Made by a program: the position numbers and the translations under genes
Notes under the pieces: generated by a model
What the model was told of the DNA's origin: nothing
Databases searched by the model: none
The model's input: the letters and a program-made list of their open reading frames with translations, nothing else
In this document: positions 1 through 8,072 of the stretch, piece by piece
Position numbering within the stretch: position 1 is the stretch's first letter
How the letters are laid out: each line of letters opens with the position of its first letter
Source: Acidobacteriota bacterium
GTDB taxonomy: Bacteria > Acidobacteriota > UBA890 > WLXD01
Direction: 5' to 3'
Length of the DNA: 64,000 nt
Assembly: GCA_963666215.2 (NCBI GenBank)
Contig: CAXWPL010000005.1
Span: 1,115,818 to 1,179,817 of the forward strand

Positions 1-276
1 CTGCAGTGAGCGCAGTCGACGCCGCAGCGCCGGCCACTTGGCTGGACTGCGGAACCAGCGCGGCGGCAGCACGAGAACGTCGTCAATCACCGGATGCTGC
101 TCGAGCAAGGGCGCGGAGTCTGGCTCGACGGCCCAGGCGATGAACGCATCGGGCCACTGGCGCCGCAACGCGACCGCCATCGGGATCGTCTGCACGCAAT
201 CACCCACGTGGCTGAGCCGGGTGATCAAGAAGCGCGGCGCGTCGGCCAAACGGCGATCCTCGGAGGATGGTGGCAA
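1..276 (-). CDS. glycosyltransferase family 9 (heptosyltransferase-like), N-terminal part; gene runs off the left edge
   Basis: The reverse frame ending at nt 1 reads ...PRFLITRLSHVGDCVQTIPMAVALRRQWPDAFIAWAVEPDSAPLLEQHPVIDDVLVLPPRWF. This matches the typical GT9 N-terminus (I-x-R-L-S-x-x-GD followed by P-x-A-x-I-x-W-x-V-E). It is absent from the ORF track because it is open at the edge. There is no ATG or GTG; TTG candidates lie at 276, 249 and 228. The upstream in-frame stop is at 348-346. Confidence 0.55.
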   Translation of the reverse strand, partial: MPPSSEDRRLADAPRFLITRLSHVGDCVQTIPMAVALRRQWPDAFIAWAVEPDSAPLLEQHPVIDDVLVLPPRWFRSPAKWPALRRRLRSLQ

Positions 277-404
277 AGGGTCGATGGGGCAGATGGGGTG
301 ACAGGAGCGACCGCGTAACGCACGCGACGAGATCTCCTCGCGGCGCTAGGCCATCTCCATCGAGGTAGGCCAACAGTAGCAGCGCCGTCTGCGGCCAGCC
401 AACG

Positions 405-949
405 CTAGGCCGCCGTGGCCGACCGATCGCGACCCATCAGAAGGGCGCCGAAACCTGGCAAGAACGCCACCGTCCAGCACAGGAAGAACCAGATGTAGAA
501 CGGCCCCGGCGAGATCGAGCCGAACCAAATCCCCGAGATCGAGTAGAAGGCGATTCCGGAAAGCAGCGCCGCAACGCAGCCACGCGTCAGTGCGCGGCTC
601 ATCGTCTCGCCGTCGTCTGCCAGCGCCCGGTTGAGGATGGCGAAGGCGATCCACAGCCCCATCCAGGCAACGAACATCGCCGCGACTCCAACCACGCCGT
701 ACAGAACATAGAAAGCGGCAGCTGCCGCGATGCCAATGGCGAGCCCCCCAGCGCCCCCAGCCAAGCTGCCCGCGGTCGACCGGCAACACGGCCGAGCACC
801 ATTCCGAGGGCCGCCAACACGAGGCCACCATGCACCACGCCGTACACGGCACGATGCTCCAGCTCACCTGCCGCCCAGAAAGCGTCGGCGAACGTGCTGA
901 CAAAAGCCAGAGCAAGACTCGCAACGATGGTCTGCTTGATTCCGCTCAA
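405..949 (-). pseudogene. small polytopic membrane protein, apparently frameshifted near 770-790
   Basis: A TTG at 949 is preceded by GAGGAA. That frame (track ORF 599..1027) is hydrophobic up to ...LAALGMVLGRVAG and then becomes Arg/Trp/Cys-rich. The second frame (track ORF 405..764) continues with membrane-like AGGLAIGIAAAAAFYVLYGVVGVAAMFVAWMGLWIAF... to the stop at 405. Confidence 0.45.
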
Positions 950-1336
950 TGGTTCCTCACCGCTTGAAGGTTGATCCGTCGTGGGGCGGTATCCGGGATT
1001 GTGGGCCCCGGTCGCGGCGGCGGCCACCGAGCCGACCTCGCACCTACCGGTTCAACGGTGTCCAGGCCCGGCGCCAAGTGCAAGAGGGAGATACCGCGGT
1101 GAGGTCCAATCGCGGGCCTGTCGGGTCGTAGCTGGCCATCGATCGCGAGCACCGCGCGGAGGAACATCACAAGAGTCGCCCCGAACCGCTCGCTGACGAT
1201 GACCTAGCCTGCCGGCTCCTGGCCGCATCGAAAACCTCCTGCCGTCAGTTGACCAGACTGCCGATCGCCCGGTAGCTTTCTTGCTGCCTGGGTATCGCAC
1301 GCCGGCGCAAGCCCTCTGCGTCGAAAGGAAGATCTC

Positions 1337-2200
1337 ATGTTGCAGCCGCCAACCAGCCGCTCCAGTCGTTTCGCCGGTTCCGTTTTTTCAGCCGTCGCTC
1401 TGCTCCTGGTCACCGCCGCAAGCACAGGAGTCGCTGCCGCGCCGCAGCAGGAGATGGTTTTCAAGCTCGCCACGGAACGGTCGATGTCGATCGACGGCGC
1501 GGTCAGCGCCCGCACGACGATCTACGACGAGGTTCAGCGGCGCTGGGTGCCGCTGCAAGAAGCCACGCATAACCCGTTCGCTGCGGCTCCTGGTGCTGAG
1601 CTGATCCGAGCCTCGGCCGACGAGCTCCCCTACCAGCGGCTGCTGGTCCAGCAAACCGTGCGCACGCAGAAAGCGGGGCAGCGAGCACAGCGGTGGACCC
1701 CGCTGCTCAAGTCTTGGCTGCCCTGGATCACCACGACCATGAACCGCTACTTCGACCGGCGGCGCGGTAACCCCCGCATCCCGCAGATGGACGGGCCTCA
1801 GGGGAACAAGCAGGTCGCCTGGAAGCAGCTGGCCGTGGGTAGGGAGAAGGAGGAAAGCGACCAGATGAACTTCAACGGCCGCCACGACCTCACCCTGCTC
1901 AACAACAACGACAACATGTTCGGCCGTGGCACCGCAGAAGTTCCGAATCCGGTTGTCAGCGGCGTTCGACTCGACACCATCTCATGCGTCATCAACCAGG
2001 GAACGGGGATCGAATGCGAGCGCCGCAACACCGAGGGTGACGTCCACTTCGCCACGCGCCAGATACTGGCAAACGGCTCGGTCTGGCCCGGGTTCTTCGA
2101 GGATCTCACGATCAACCGGCGGCGCGTCTTCTTGCTGTCGCAGCTGCTGTTCATCGTCGGGCACGACCCCGACCTGTGGGTGCACGACTACAACGGCTAG
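1337..2200 (+). CDS. hypothetical secreted protein (signal peptide, no family recognised)
   Basis: ATG at 1337 is preceded by GAAAGGAAG. The N-terminus SRFAGSVFSAVALLLVTAASTGVAAAPQQ looks like a Sec signal. The amino-acid composition is diverse and unlike off-frame high-GC ORFs. Confidence 0.6.
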   Translation: MLQPPTSRSSRFAGSVFSAVALLLVTAASTGVAAAPQQEMVFKLATERSMSIDGAVSARTTIYDEVQRRWVPLQEATHNPFAAAPGAELIRASADELPYQRLLVQQTVRTQKAGQRAQRWTPLLKSWLPWITTTMNRYFDRRRGNPRIPQMDGPQGNKQVAWKQLAVGREKEESDQMNFNGRHDLTLLNNNDNMFGRGTAEVPNPVVSGVRLDTISCVINQGTGIECERRNTEGDVHFATRQILANGSVWPGFFEDLTINRRRVFLLSQLLFIVGHDPDLWVHDYNG

Positions 2201-2230
2201 GGGACCATCAAGCCCAAGGCACTCGCCAAC

Positions 2231-2800
2231 GTGAACAGCAACACCAACAAGGAGCGTGTCGCGCGCGACAAGCTCCTCAACCTCGCCACACCAACCGAGC
2301 CGGCACCGCGAAGCGCCTCCGTGGCCCCGCGGATGGTGCCCAAGGCCAACTCGCTCTTCAATTTGGCGAAAGGGCGGCCCACGTTCGACCCCACAAAGTC
2401 TTTCCGAAGCAACGCCTTCGCCCAGGAGGCTTGGATCGCGACCGACCTCAAGGGACCGAGCTCGAAGCAGAAAATGACCATGGTGATCAGCGACGCCCGG
2501 CCTGCCGGCACCGCCCCACAAGCGGGCCAGACCATCGTCACCGTGCGCGGCTTCTCGGTCGACCGCGACATCTCGCTGTCGGACGGGAGAGATGCGACGC
2601 GCGACTACCTGGCCTCCAACCTGGCCGTCGGCGACCTCGACGACTGGAACACCATCGCCGCCTGGGTGCGGCGCAACGGCACCCCGTCGGCCGGTTTCGA
2701 TCGCGTGCTCCAGGTCTTCATCAAGGTGACCGGCCGCGATGCGAACGGCGCCAAGAAGTCGGTGAGGCGCAAGTACCGACTGGGCATCGACAACCCCTAG
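2231..2800 (+). CDS. hypothetical protein, co-oriented 30 nt downstream of 1337..2200
   Basis: 189-aa ORF with a GTG start at 2231. Composition is balanced (K/N/D/T-rich segments). I recognise no domain and the start codon is uncertain. Confidence 0.5.
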   Translation: MNSNTNKERVARDKLLNLATPTEPAPRSASVAPRMVPKANSLFNLAKGRPTFDPTKSFRSNAFAQEAWIATDLKGPSSKQKMTMVISDARPAGTAPQAGQTIVTVRGFSVDRDISLSDGRDATRDYLASNLAVGDLDDWNTIAAWVRRNGTPSAGFDRVLQVFIKVTGRDANGAKKSVRRKYRLGIDNP

Positions 2801-2830
2801 CCGGGAAGCAACCGCGACGCGCCGGTGCTC

Positions 2831-4324
2831 CTACCGCACCAGGTGCAGCTCCGTCTGACGGCGCAGCATCCAACGCATCTCGCCATCGGCGGTAATCTCG
2901 GCCTCCTCCTCCATCATCATGCGCACCGGCTGGTTGTCCCATTCGGCCACCGGCGTGGTGGCCTGCAGCTCGGTGGAGAACCACATGCTGGGAAGAACGG
3001 GCACGTCGCCGCGACCCGGAACACCCTCCTGGTAATCCCACAGGCCGATCAGGGGACCGGCGCCGTGACCGTGGTCGCCAATCGGGTGGGTGTACATCGT
3101 CCCGTCGATGCCCTCGGCGTTCATCTTTTCGAGTACGGCGTAGAGAACCTCGTTGCCGGACATGCCCACCTTGGTCGCCTCGAGGAGGATGTCCTGGAAG
3201 CGTTGGGAGTTCGCTAGGGCGTGCTTGAGGCCATCGGGGGCGTCGGTCTCGCCTTCGCGCAGCACATACCCCATGTGCTGGGTGTCGGTGGCCATGCCCA
3301 TGGCGACGATGCCAAAGTCGCAGTGCAGCACATCGCCGCGCTGGATGACCGGTGAGCCATCGTGCTCGGCGCCGCCGGTGCCAACCTCGCTGTCGGTAAC
3401 ACCGCGACGCTGGATGCTCACAGAAGGCTGGAACCAGGTGCCGAGGCCCATATCGTTGACCCTCTGGCGCATCCACCACACAACGTCTGCCGTGGTCGTC
3501 TCGCCCGGTTCGATGACGAGATTCGAGAAGGCGGCCGAAATGACCTCGTGGACAATCGCCTGCAGGCGACGATAGGCCGGCGTCATCGAGGGCACTCGCG
3601 TGGCCAGGTAGTCGATCGCTAGCCGCCCGTTGCGCACCACCCGGCCGGCGTACTCCGGACCGAGCGCTTCTCGCATCTGCTCCCACTCCCCCGCCGTCAG
3701 GCCGTCCGAGAAGTTGTGCTCCTGGTCGATATTGACGGCGATGGCCCGCGGATCGCGCTCGCGCACGAGCTCGCCGAACAGACGCCATTGGCCGGAGCCC
3801 CACAATTCGGCCTGCACGTCGTCGCGGTCGGTGGCCGCGCTCGATCGGTAGGCCTCGTACAAGCCCCCCTGTGACGTTCCGCCGAGTGCCACGCGCTCTA
3901 CGCCGGCATCGGCACCACGGTCGAAGAAAACGTAGATCGTGCGCCGGCGTGCCGCGAAGGTCGTGGGCGAAACCAGGGCGCGGAAAACCGGATCCTCGTT
4001 GTACTCGCGCATCGACAGAACCCACATGTCGACACCGTGCGCGCGCATGATCTTCGGCAGGTTGACCTCGAGCCGCTCGCGCAGCCATTCCTGCTGGATC
4101 GCCGCCTGCTCGCGCAAGGTGCCGAACAGGCGATTGGAGTGGTAGACGCCGGTCTGCTGGGCAGCTGCCCGGGGAGGCATGAGGAACGTGTCAGCTCCGA
4201 CGAGTGCGGCCGAGATCAGCAGACCCAGCGAGGCCAGGCGCCCTATCGCGAGCCGAGACCGCGCGATCGGGCGGGCGGCGTGGAGATCGGCAAGGCGGCG
4301 CGGCGCGGCGGAAGGACGGTCCAT
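2831..4324 (-). CDS. M24-family Xaa-Pro aminopeptidase-like metallopeptidase, secreted
   Basis: 497-aa ORF with an N-terminal hydrophobic segment (LASLGLLISAALVGA). The C-terminal pita-bread fold motifs VLHCDFG, HPIGDHGHGAGP and WFSTELQ are present. Confidence 0.85.
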   Translation of the reverse strand: MDRPSAAPRRLADLHAARPIARSRLAIGRLASLGLLISAALVGADTFLMPPRAAAQQTGVYHSNRLFGTLREQAAIQQEWLRERLEVNLPKIMRAHGVDMWVLSMREYNEDPVFRALVSPTTFAARRRTIYVFFDRGADAGVERVALGGTSQGGLYEAYRSSAATDRDDVQAELWGSGQWRLFGELVRERDPRAIAVNIDQEHNFSDGLTAGEWEQMREALGPEYAGRVVRNGRLAIDYLATRVPSMTPAYRRLQAIVHEVISAAFSNLVIEPGETTTADVVWWMRQRVNDMGLGTWFQPSVSIQRRGVTDSEVGTGGAEHDGSPVIQRGDVLHCDFGIVAMGMATDTQHMGYVLREGETDAPDGLKHALANSQRFQDILLEATKVGMSGNEVLYAVLEKMNAEGIDGTMYTHPIGDHGHGAGPLIGLWDYQEGVPGRGDVPVLPSMWFSTELQATTPVAEWDNQPVRMMMEEEAEITADGEMRWMLRRQTELHLVR

Positions 4325-4394
4325 TTCGACGACTCCGAGAGATTCTCGTTGCGGGGAGAGGGAAGCTCAGCCGAGCTCCGGGTGTCGTTGGCCA

Positions 4395-4422
4395 TCGACG
4401 GCCAAGCGCGGCCATGTAGAAT
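4395..4422 (+). promoter_or_regulatory. candidate sigma-70-type promoter (TCGACG-16 nt-TAGAAT) for the 4495 gene
   Basis: TAGAAT lies at 4417-4422 and TCGACG at 4395-4400, in the divergent intergenic region between the M24 peptidase and the membrane protein. This rests on pattern match only. Confidence 0.25.
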
Positions 4423-4494
4423 AGCGCGCCGTTGCGGCCAATCTCGCAGGTCACACGAGATGTCGTGGCATGCGCAGCGCGAGGAGGCTCACAG

Positions 4495-5052
4495 ATGCAC
4501 AACGAACCGCGGCGCGGGCGCCAGCTCGTCGACTGGAGCTCGGTTCTCTGGGCCGGGCTCGGCGCCGGCACGCTCTTCCTCTTGCTGAACCTGTTCGTGA
4601 CGCCGCGCTTCGCTGGCGGGAACGCCTGGACGATGTTGCGGATGCTGGCGTCGCTGGTTCTCGGCGAGGGCATCGTGGCGCCCCCGGCGACCTTCAGCGC
4701 AGCGGCTCTCGGCGTGGGTCTGGCGGTCCACGCCACGCTGTCCCTGGCCTTCGCCGCGCTACTGGCGATTGTCCTGCACCGCTGGGGCCTGGTTGTAGGT
4801 ATCGCTGGCGGCGCGTTACTCGGTGTTGCGCTCTACGCGATCAACCTCTTCTCACTAACCCTTTGGGCTCCGTGGTTCTTCGCGCTCCACAGCCCGGCCT
4901 TCCTGGTTAGCCACGCACTGTTCGGCGCCTCTGCGGGCGGCCTGTACGAGGCGCTCGAAGTGGAACTGTTCGCCAACGACGCCGAGCCGGCAACCGAGCT
5001 CACCGCCGTCGCGACCCCCTCGCACTCCAGCGGAAGCGAGAGGAAGCCTTGA
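4495..5052 (+). CDS. hypothetical integral membrane protein
   Basis: ATG at 4495 is preceded by GAGGAGG (the track ORF starts earlier, at 4432). Several hydrophobic helices are present (LWAGLGAGTLFLLLNLFV, LAFAALLAIVLH, GIAGGALLGVALYAINLF). Confidence 0.6.
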   Translation: MHNEPRRGRQLVDWSSVLWAGLGAGTLFLLLNLFVTPRFAGGNAWTMLRMLASLVLGEGIVAPPATFSAAALGVGLAVHATLSLAFAALLAIVLHRWGLVVGIAGGALLGVALYAINLFSLTLWAPWFFALHSPAFLVSHALFGASAGGLYEALEVELFANDAEPATELTAVATPSHSSGSERKP

Positions 5053-5059
5053 GGAAACC

Positions 5060-5965
5060 ATGAGGCGCCGCGTCGTTGTCCGGCGAGCCTACCCGCAGCG
5101 CTACGGGCCGCAGATGCAGGCCAGCGCTTTCGGCCGCCGGCCGCACCTGAGCGCGTTTCCACGGGTCGGCCGTAGCGGCGGTGGCGGCCGGCTGCTCATC
5201 GGGCTCGTCATGATGGGCTTCGCGCTTTTCTCCTACTTCGCCTCGAGTGAATACAACCCCGTCACCGGCGAGAATCAGTACATCGGCCTGACAACCCACC
5301 AGGAGATCGCACTCGGGTTGCAGGCGGCGCCCGACATGATTCAGCGGCACGGCGGCCTGCACCCCGACGCGCAGGCGCAGGCGGTGGTCGACAGGTTGGG
5401 CGACGAGCTGGTGCGTGCCAGCGTCGCTAGCCAAACCGACTGGCAGTTCGACTTCCATCTGCTCGCCGACCGCGAAACGATCAACGCCTTCGCGCTACCC
5501 GGCGGCCAGGTATTCATCACTTGGGCGCTGTATTCACGCTTCGAGACCGAAGGACAGCTCGCCGGCGTGCTCGGCCATGAGATCGGGCACGTGGTGGCGC
5601 GGCATTCGGCGCAGCGCATTGCCAAGTCGCGCCTCACGCAAGGCTTGACCGGCGCTGTGGCTGTGGCCAGCGAAAGCGCAGGATCGGCGCAGATCGCGGC
5701 GGTCCTCGGCCAGCTGCTGAACATGCGCTACGGACGTGAGGACGAGCTGCAGTCGGACGAGTTGGGCGTGCAGGTCATGGCCGACGCGGGCTATGACCCG
5801 CGCTCGATGGTTGCGGTCATGGGCATCCTCGCCGAGGCCAGCGGCGGGGCTCGGGGACCCGAGTTCTTCAGCACCCATCCCAATCCGGAGAATCGAATCG
5901 GCCGCATCGAGGCGACGATCTCCGAGCGCTTTCCCGCCGGCCTACCCGACGACCTCCGGCGGTAG
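5060..5965 (+). CDS. M48-family zinc metallopeptidase
   Basis: The HEIGHVVARH (HExxH) motif is present, with a downstream E/D-rich helix, one N-terminal TM segment (LLIGLVMMGFALFSYF) and a typical M48 C-terminus FFSTHPNPENRI. Confidence 0.85.
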   Translation: MRRRVVVRRAYPQRYGPQMQASAFGRRPHLSAFPRVGRSGGGGRLLIGLVMMGFALFSYFASSEYNPVTGENQYIGLTTHQEIALGLQAAPDMIQRHGGLHPDAQAQAVVDRLGDELVRASVASQTDWQFDFHLLADRETINAFALPGGQVFITWALYSRFETEGQLAGVLGHEIGHVVARHSAQRIAKSRLTQGLTGAVAVASESAGSAQIAAVLGQLLNMRYGREDELQSDELGVQVMADAGYDPRSMVAVMGILAEASGGARGPEFFSTHPNPENRIGRIEATISERFPAGLPDDLRR

Positions 5966-6475
5966 TGGCACTGCCTCGCGGGCTCCACCTGTCATCGGTG
6001 CGCAATCCGTGGCTGCGGATCGCGATTGTTGCTGGGCTGCTGCTGGCCGGCTGGGTGGCCGAGGTCGGGCTGCCTGGCTTTCGAGGGGGCGCCGACGGTA
6101 ACGGCGGAACTGGCGACACCAGCGAAGCCACGGCCGACAATACGACGATCGTCGAGGCGTACCGCTCCGGAACCTCGAATGTCGTTGTGGAGGGGGTCGG
6201 GACCGTCGAGCGGTTGTTGGGCGACGATGTGAGCGGCTCGCGGCTCGCGCCACCAGCGCTTTATCCTGCGGGTTGCGCCGGACCACACCGTGCTCGTGAG
6301 TCACAACATCGATCTTGCCGAACGCGTTCAGGGCCTCGCCGCGGGTGATCGGGTGGAGTTCCGCGGTGAATACGAGTGGAACGACCGCGGCGGCGTCGTT
6401 CATTGGACGCATCACGACCCGCAAGGAGCGCGACCCGGGGGCTGGCTGCGCCACCGGGGCCGGACCGTACGCTAG
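5965..6475 (+). pseudogene. DUF3465-family protein disrupted by a 7-bp tandem duplication
   Basis: The N-terminal half (track ORF 5965..6348) reads well up to ...VEGVGTVERLLGDDVSGSR. The C-terminal half lies in another frame: HQRFILRVAPDHTVLVSHNIDLAERVQGLAAGDRVEFRGEYEWNDRGGVVHWTHHDPQGARPGGWLRHRGRTVR (its latter part is track ORF 6290..6475). The junction is GGCTCGC GGCTCGC. Removing one copy gives ...DVSGSRHQRFIL... in a single frame. Confidence 0.7.
6235..6248. repeat. 7-bp perfect tandem duplication (GGCTCGC x2) causing the DUF3465 frameshift
   Basis: Read directly: GGCTCGC at 6235-6241 and again at 6242-6248. Confidence 0.9.
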
Positions 6476-6655
6476 CAGCCCGTGGTGGAAGTGTGGTGGG
6501 CCTGGCGACAGGGTCTTGCGAGGCGGAGGCGAGGATAGAGGAGGAAGCGATGCTCAAGGCATCGTTGACGACGAACGACGAAGCATACGACCGCGGGCCC
6601 CTGTCGGATCTTTGCATAGGGGGGTTACCGCCACACTTCCACCACGGGCTGCTAG
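6472..6655. repeat. 28-bp inverted repeat (27/28) enclosing 128 nt; MITE-like element or long-stem RNA
   Basis: The left arm CTAGCAGCCCGTGGTGGAAGTGTGGTGG (6472-6499) is the reverse complement of the right arm 6628-6655 with one mismatch. The outermost CTAG on each side can also be read as a 4-bp target duplication around a 176-bp element (6476-6651). The interior carries GAGGAGGA (6538-6545) plus ATG (6550). Confidence 0.5.
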
Positions 6656-6697
6656 AGAGCCGCGCCGCCGGAGTGCCCTACTGGCGAAGCGCCCGCA

Positions 6698-7651
6698 TCA
6701 GGCCGCGGCGAGATCTGCCGCCGCTGGGTCTGCTCGGCCGGCCTCCTCAGCCAAATCCCCGAAGTTGATCAGCTGTGCACCGCAACGCTCCAGCGCTCGA
6801 TGAACCACCGGATCCGTGAGGGCCAGGAGCTCTTCGTTCCAGCGATAGCCCCAGTCGGCGAAGTCGGGGCGCGGCGGGCCGTCGCCGCGAGCCGGGTGCA
6901 CCGACAGCTCGGTGACCCCCGGTCGCAGGCCCGCGATGCGCTCCACCAGGCCACCGGCGTCGATGTTGCCGGCGCCAACGTAACCAACGAAACGATCGGG
7001 GAACAAGAATCCGCGCCGTTTCGCCACACGGGCGGCGCGCACGGCGCAGGTCCGCAATCCCAAGCCCGTGGCACGGCGCGCCCATCCCGCGTGACCGACT
7101 GGGCGTTTCTCGAGTGGAATCCGCAGGCAACGCAGACTCTGGCGGCTCATCTCCTCGAGGACAATCTCGATCACACCCGGCAGCACGTGAACGTGGTCGT
7201 GCGAGTCGAGGTGAGTGAGCGTCAGTCCGAGCTCGGTGGCCCGCTGCAACTGCAGGCGAATCTCCGCTCTCAGCTCCTTGGCGTTGATGCGACCCGCCAG
7301 CCAGCGCAGCGCGAATCGTTGCCCATTGCGATGCATACGCGGTCGCAGCACGTCGACCAGGCGATCGCGAGAGCGGCTGTCGTCGGCGGAGTCGGTATCG
7401 AGCAGGCTTGAAACGGTGTCGGGATCCGACAGCGGAGGCTCGTCGACCAACGTCAGATGAAGGCCAACGCCAAGCTGGGGGCAGGCGCCCGCCGCGCGAA
7501 CGGCAGCCTCGGCCGCCGGGCCCGCCACCGAAAGTGTGGTGCTTGTAAGGTAGCCGTGGGTGTGGGCCTCGAGAACGCCCTCGTTGATCGAGGCGGCGAG
7601 CCCGAAGTCGTCGCCGTTGATGATTGCGCGAATTCCGCGGTCGGTGGTCAT
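6698..7651 (-). CDS. ChbG/HpnK (YdjC-like) family carbohydrate deacetylase
   Basis: The N-terminus IINGDDFGLAASINEGVLEAHTHGYLTSTTL and the later HLDSHDHVH are the YdjC-family signatures. Confidence 0.8.
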   Translation of the reverse strand: MTTDRGIRAIINGDDFGLAASINEGVLEAHTHGYLTSTTLSVAGPAAEAAVRAAGACPQLGVGLHLTLVDEPPLSDPDTVSSLLDTDSADDSRSRDRLVDVLRPRMHRNGQRFALRWLAGRINAKELRAEIRLQLQRATELGLTLTHLDSHDHVHVLPGVIEIVLEEMSRQSLRCLRIPLEKRPVGHAGWARRATGLGLRTCAVRAARVAKRRGFLFPDRFVGYVGAGNIDAGGLVERIAGLRPGVTELSVHPARGDGPPRPDFADWGYRWNEELLALTDPVVHRALERCGAQLINFGDLAEEAGRADPAAADLAAA

Positions 7652-7809
7652 GCGCGCCGCCGGTACGGGGTCGCGAAGCGCAGCGGACCCGAACGAATCT
7701 CGACGGAGGCCGCCCCGAGGAAGTCGTGCGGCACGCCCAGGATCTCGCGCGACGCCTCGACCTCGCTGCAGATCGGCGCGATCATCGAGGTCGACGTCTC
7801 GCTGCGCAT
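7648..7809 (-). CDS. small hypothetical protein (53 aa) translationally coupled to the ChbG/HpnK gene
   Basis: ATG at 7809 is preceded by GGAGTGGGA. Third-position GC is very high throughout. The stop overlaps the downstream start as ATGA (7651-7648). I recognise no family. Confidence 0.45.
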   Translation of the reverse strand: MRSETSTSMIAPICSEVEASREILGVPHDFLGAASVEIRSGPLRFATPYRRRA

Positions 7810-7979
7810 TCCCACTCCATGAACAAACTGTCCGCAGGCCAAAAGAGCACCCATTCGGCGCTCGTTCTGGCCCCCAGCCTACCGCCGCAAGGGTGTGTAT
7901 CCGGAGCCCAAAGTGCCCCCCCGGAACTCGATTTCGGCAGCCTCACGGGCCCGGCGAGCCCGCGCGCACGGTTTGCCAC

Positions 7980-7994
7980 CCCGTGGCCCACGGG
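7980..7994. promoter_or_regulatory. 15-bp perfect palindrome CCCGTGGCCCACGGG upstream of kup
   Basis: Read directly. It lies about 80 nt upstream of the kup GTG, in the divergent intergenic region. Function is unknown. Confidence 0.2.
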
Positions 7995-8072
7995 TTATGA
8001 ATGCGCGGCGGCCGCGGGCTCGGTCGAACGCGATTTCCGAAACGTGATGGGTAGCGCAACGCTGGAGCGCGA

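Noticed and set aside
946-1336. Possible small gene (track ORF 946..1170, minus strand) or structured RNA in the 300-nt gap. The gap includes an 8-bp GCGGTATC / GATACCGC pairing about 95 nt apart.
   Set aside because: The ORF has weaker third-position GC than real genes here, a Pro/Arg-rich tail and no motif. The pairing is short and I could not match the region to any riboswitch consensus. It is left unannotated.
2721-4088. Long alternative-frame or antisense ORFs. Examples: 2721..4088, 8850..9971, 13970..15505, 17443..18720, 22154..23311, 38833..39488, 60122..61399, 62081..62986.
   Set aside because: All overlap strongly motif-supported genes. Their translations are dominated by Arg/Pro/Gly/Ala runs typical of off-frame reading of high-GC DNA, and none shows a recognisable motif.
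6550-6768. The ORF opened by the strong SD + ATG inside the inverted-repeat element, considered as a bona fide 72-aa protein gene.
   Set aside because: It reads through the right repeat arm and 70 nt into the convergent ChbG gene. Its second half is Arg/Pro-rich. Only the first ~25 codons look plausible, so I report the SD + ATG as part of the element rather than calling a CDS.
7855-8072. Possible c-di-AMP (ydaO-type) or other riboswitch in the 218-nt leader upstream of kup.
   Set aside because: Short G-rich blocks reminiscent of the motif exist on the minus strand (GGGGTGGCAAACC, GGTAGGC, CCGAGCCCGC). Their order and spacing do not follow the consensus as I remember it, and the ACGR/CAGCUAACC elements are missing. 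A covariance-model scan (cmscan against Rfam) would settle it.
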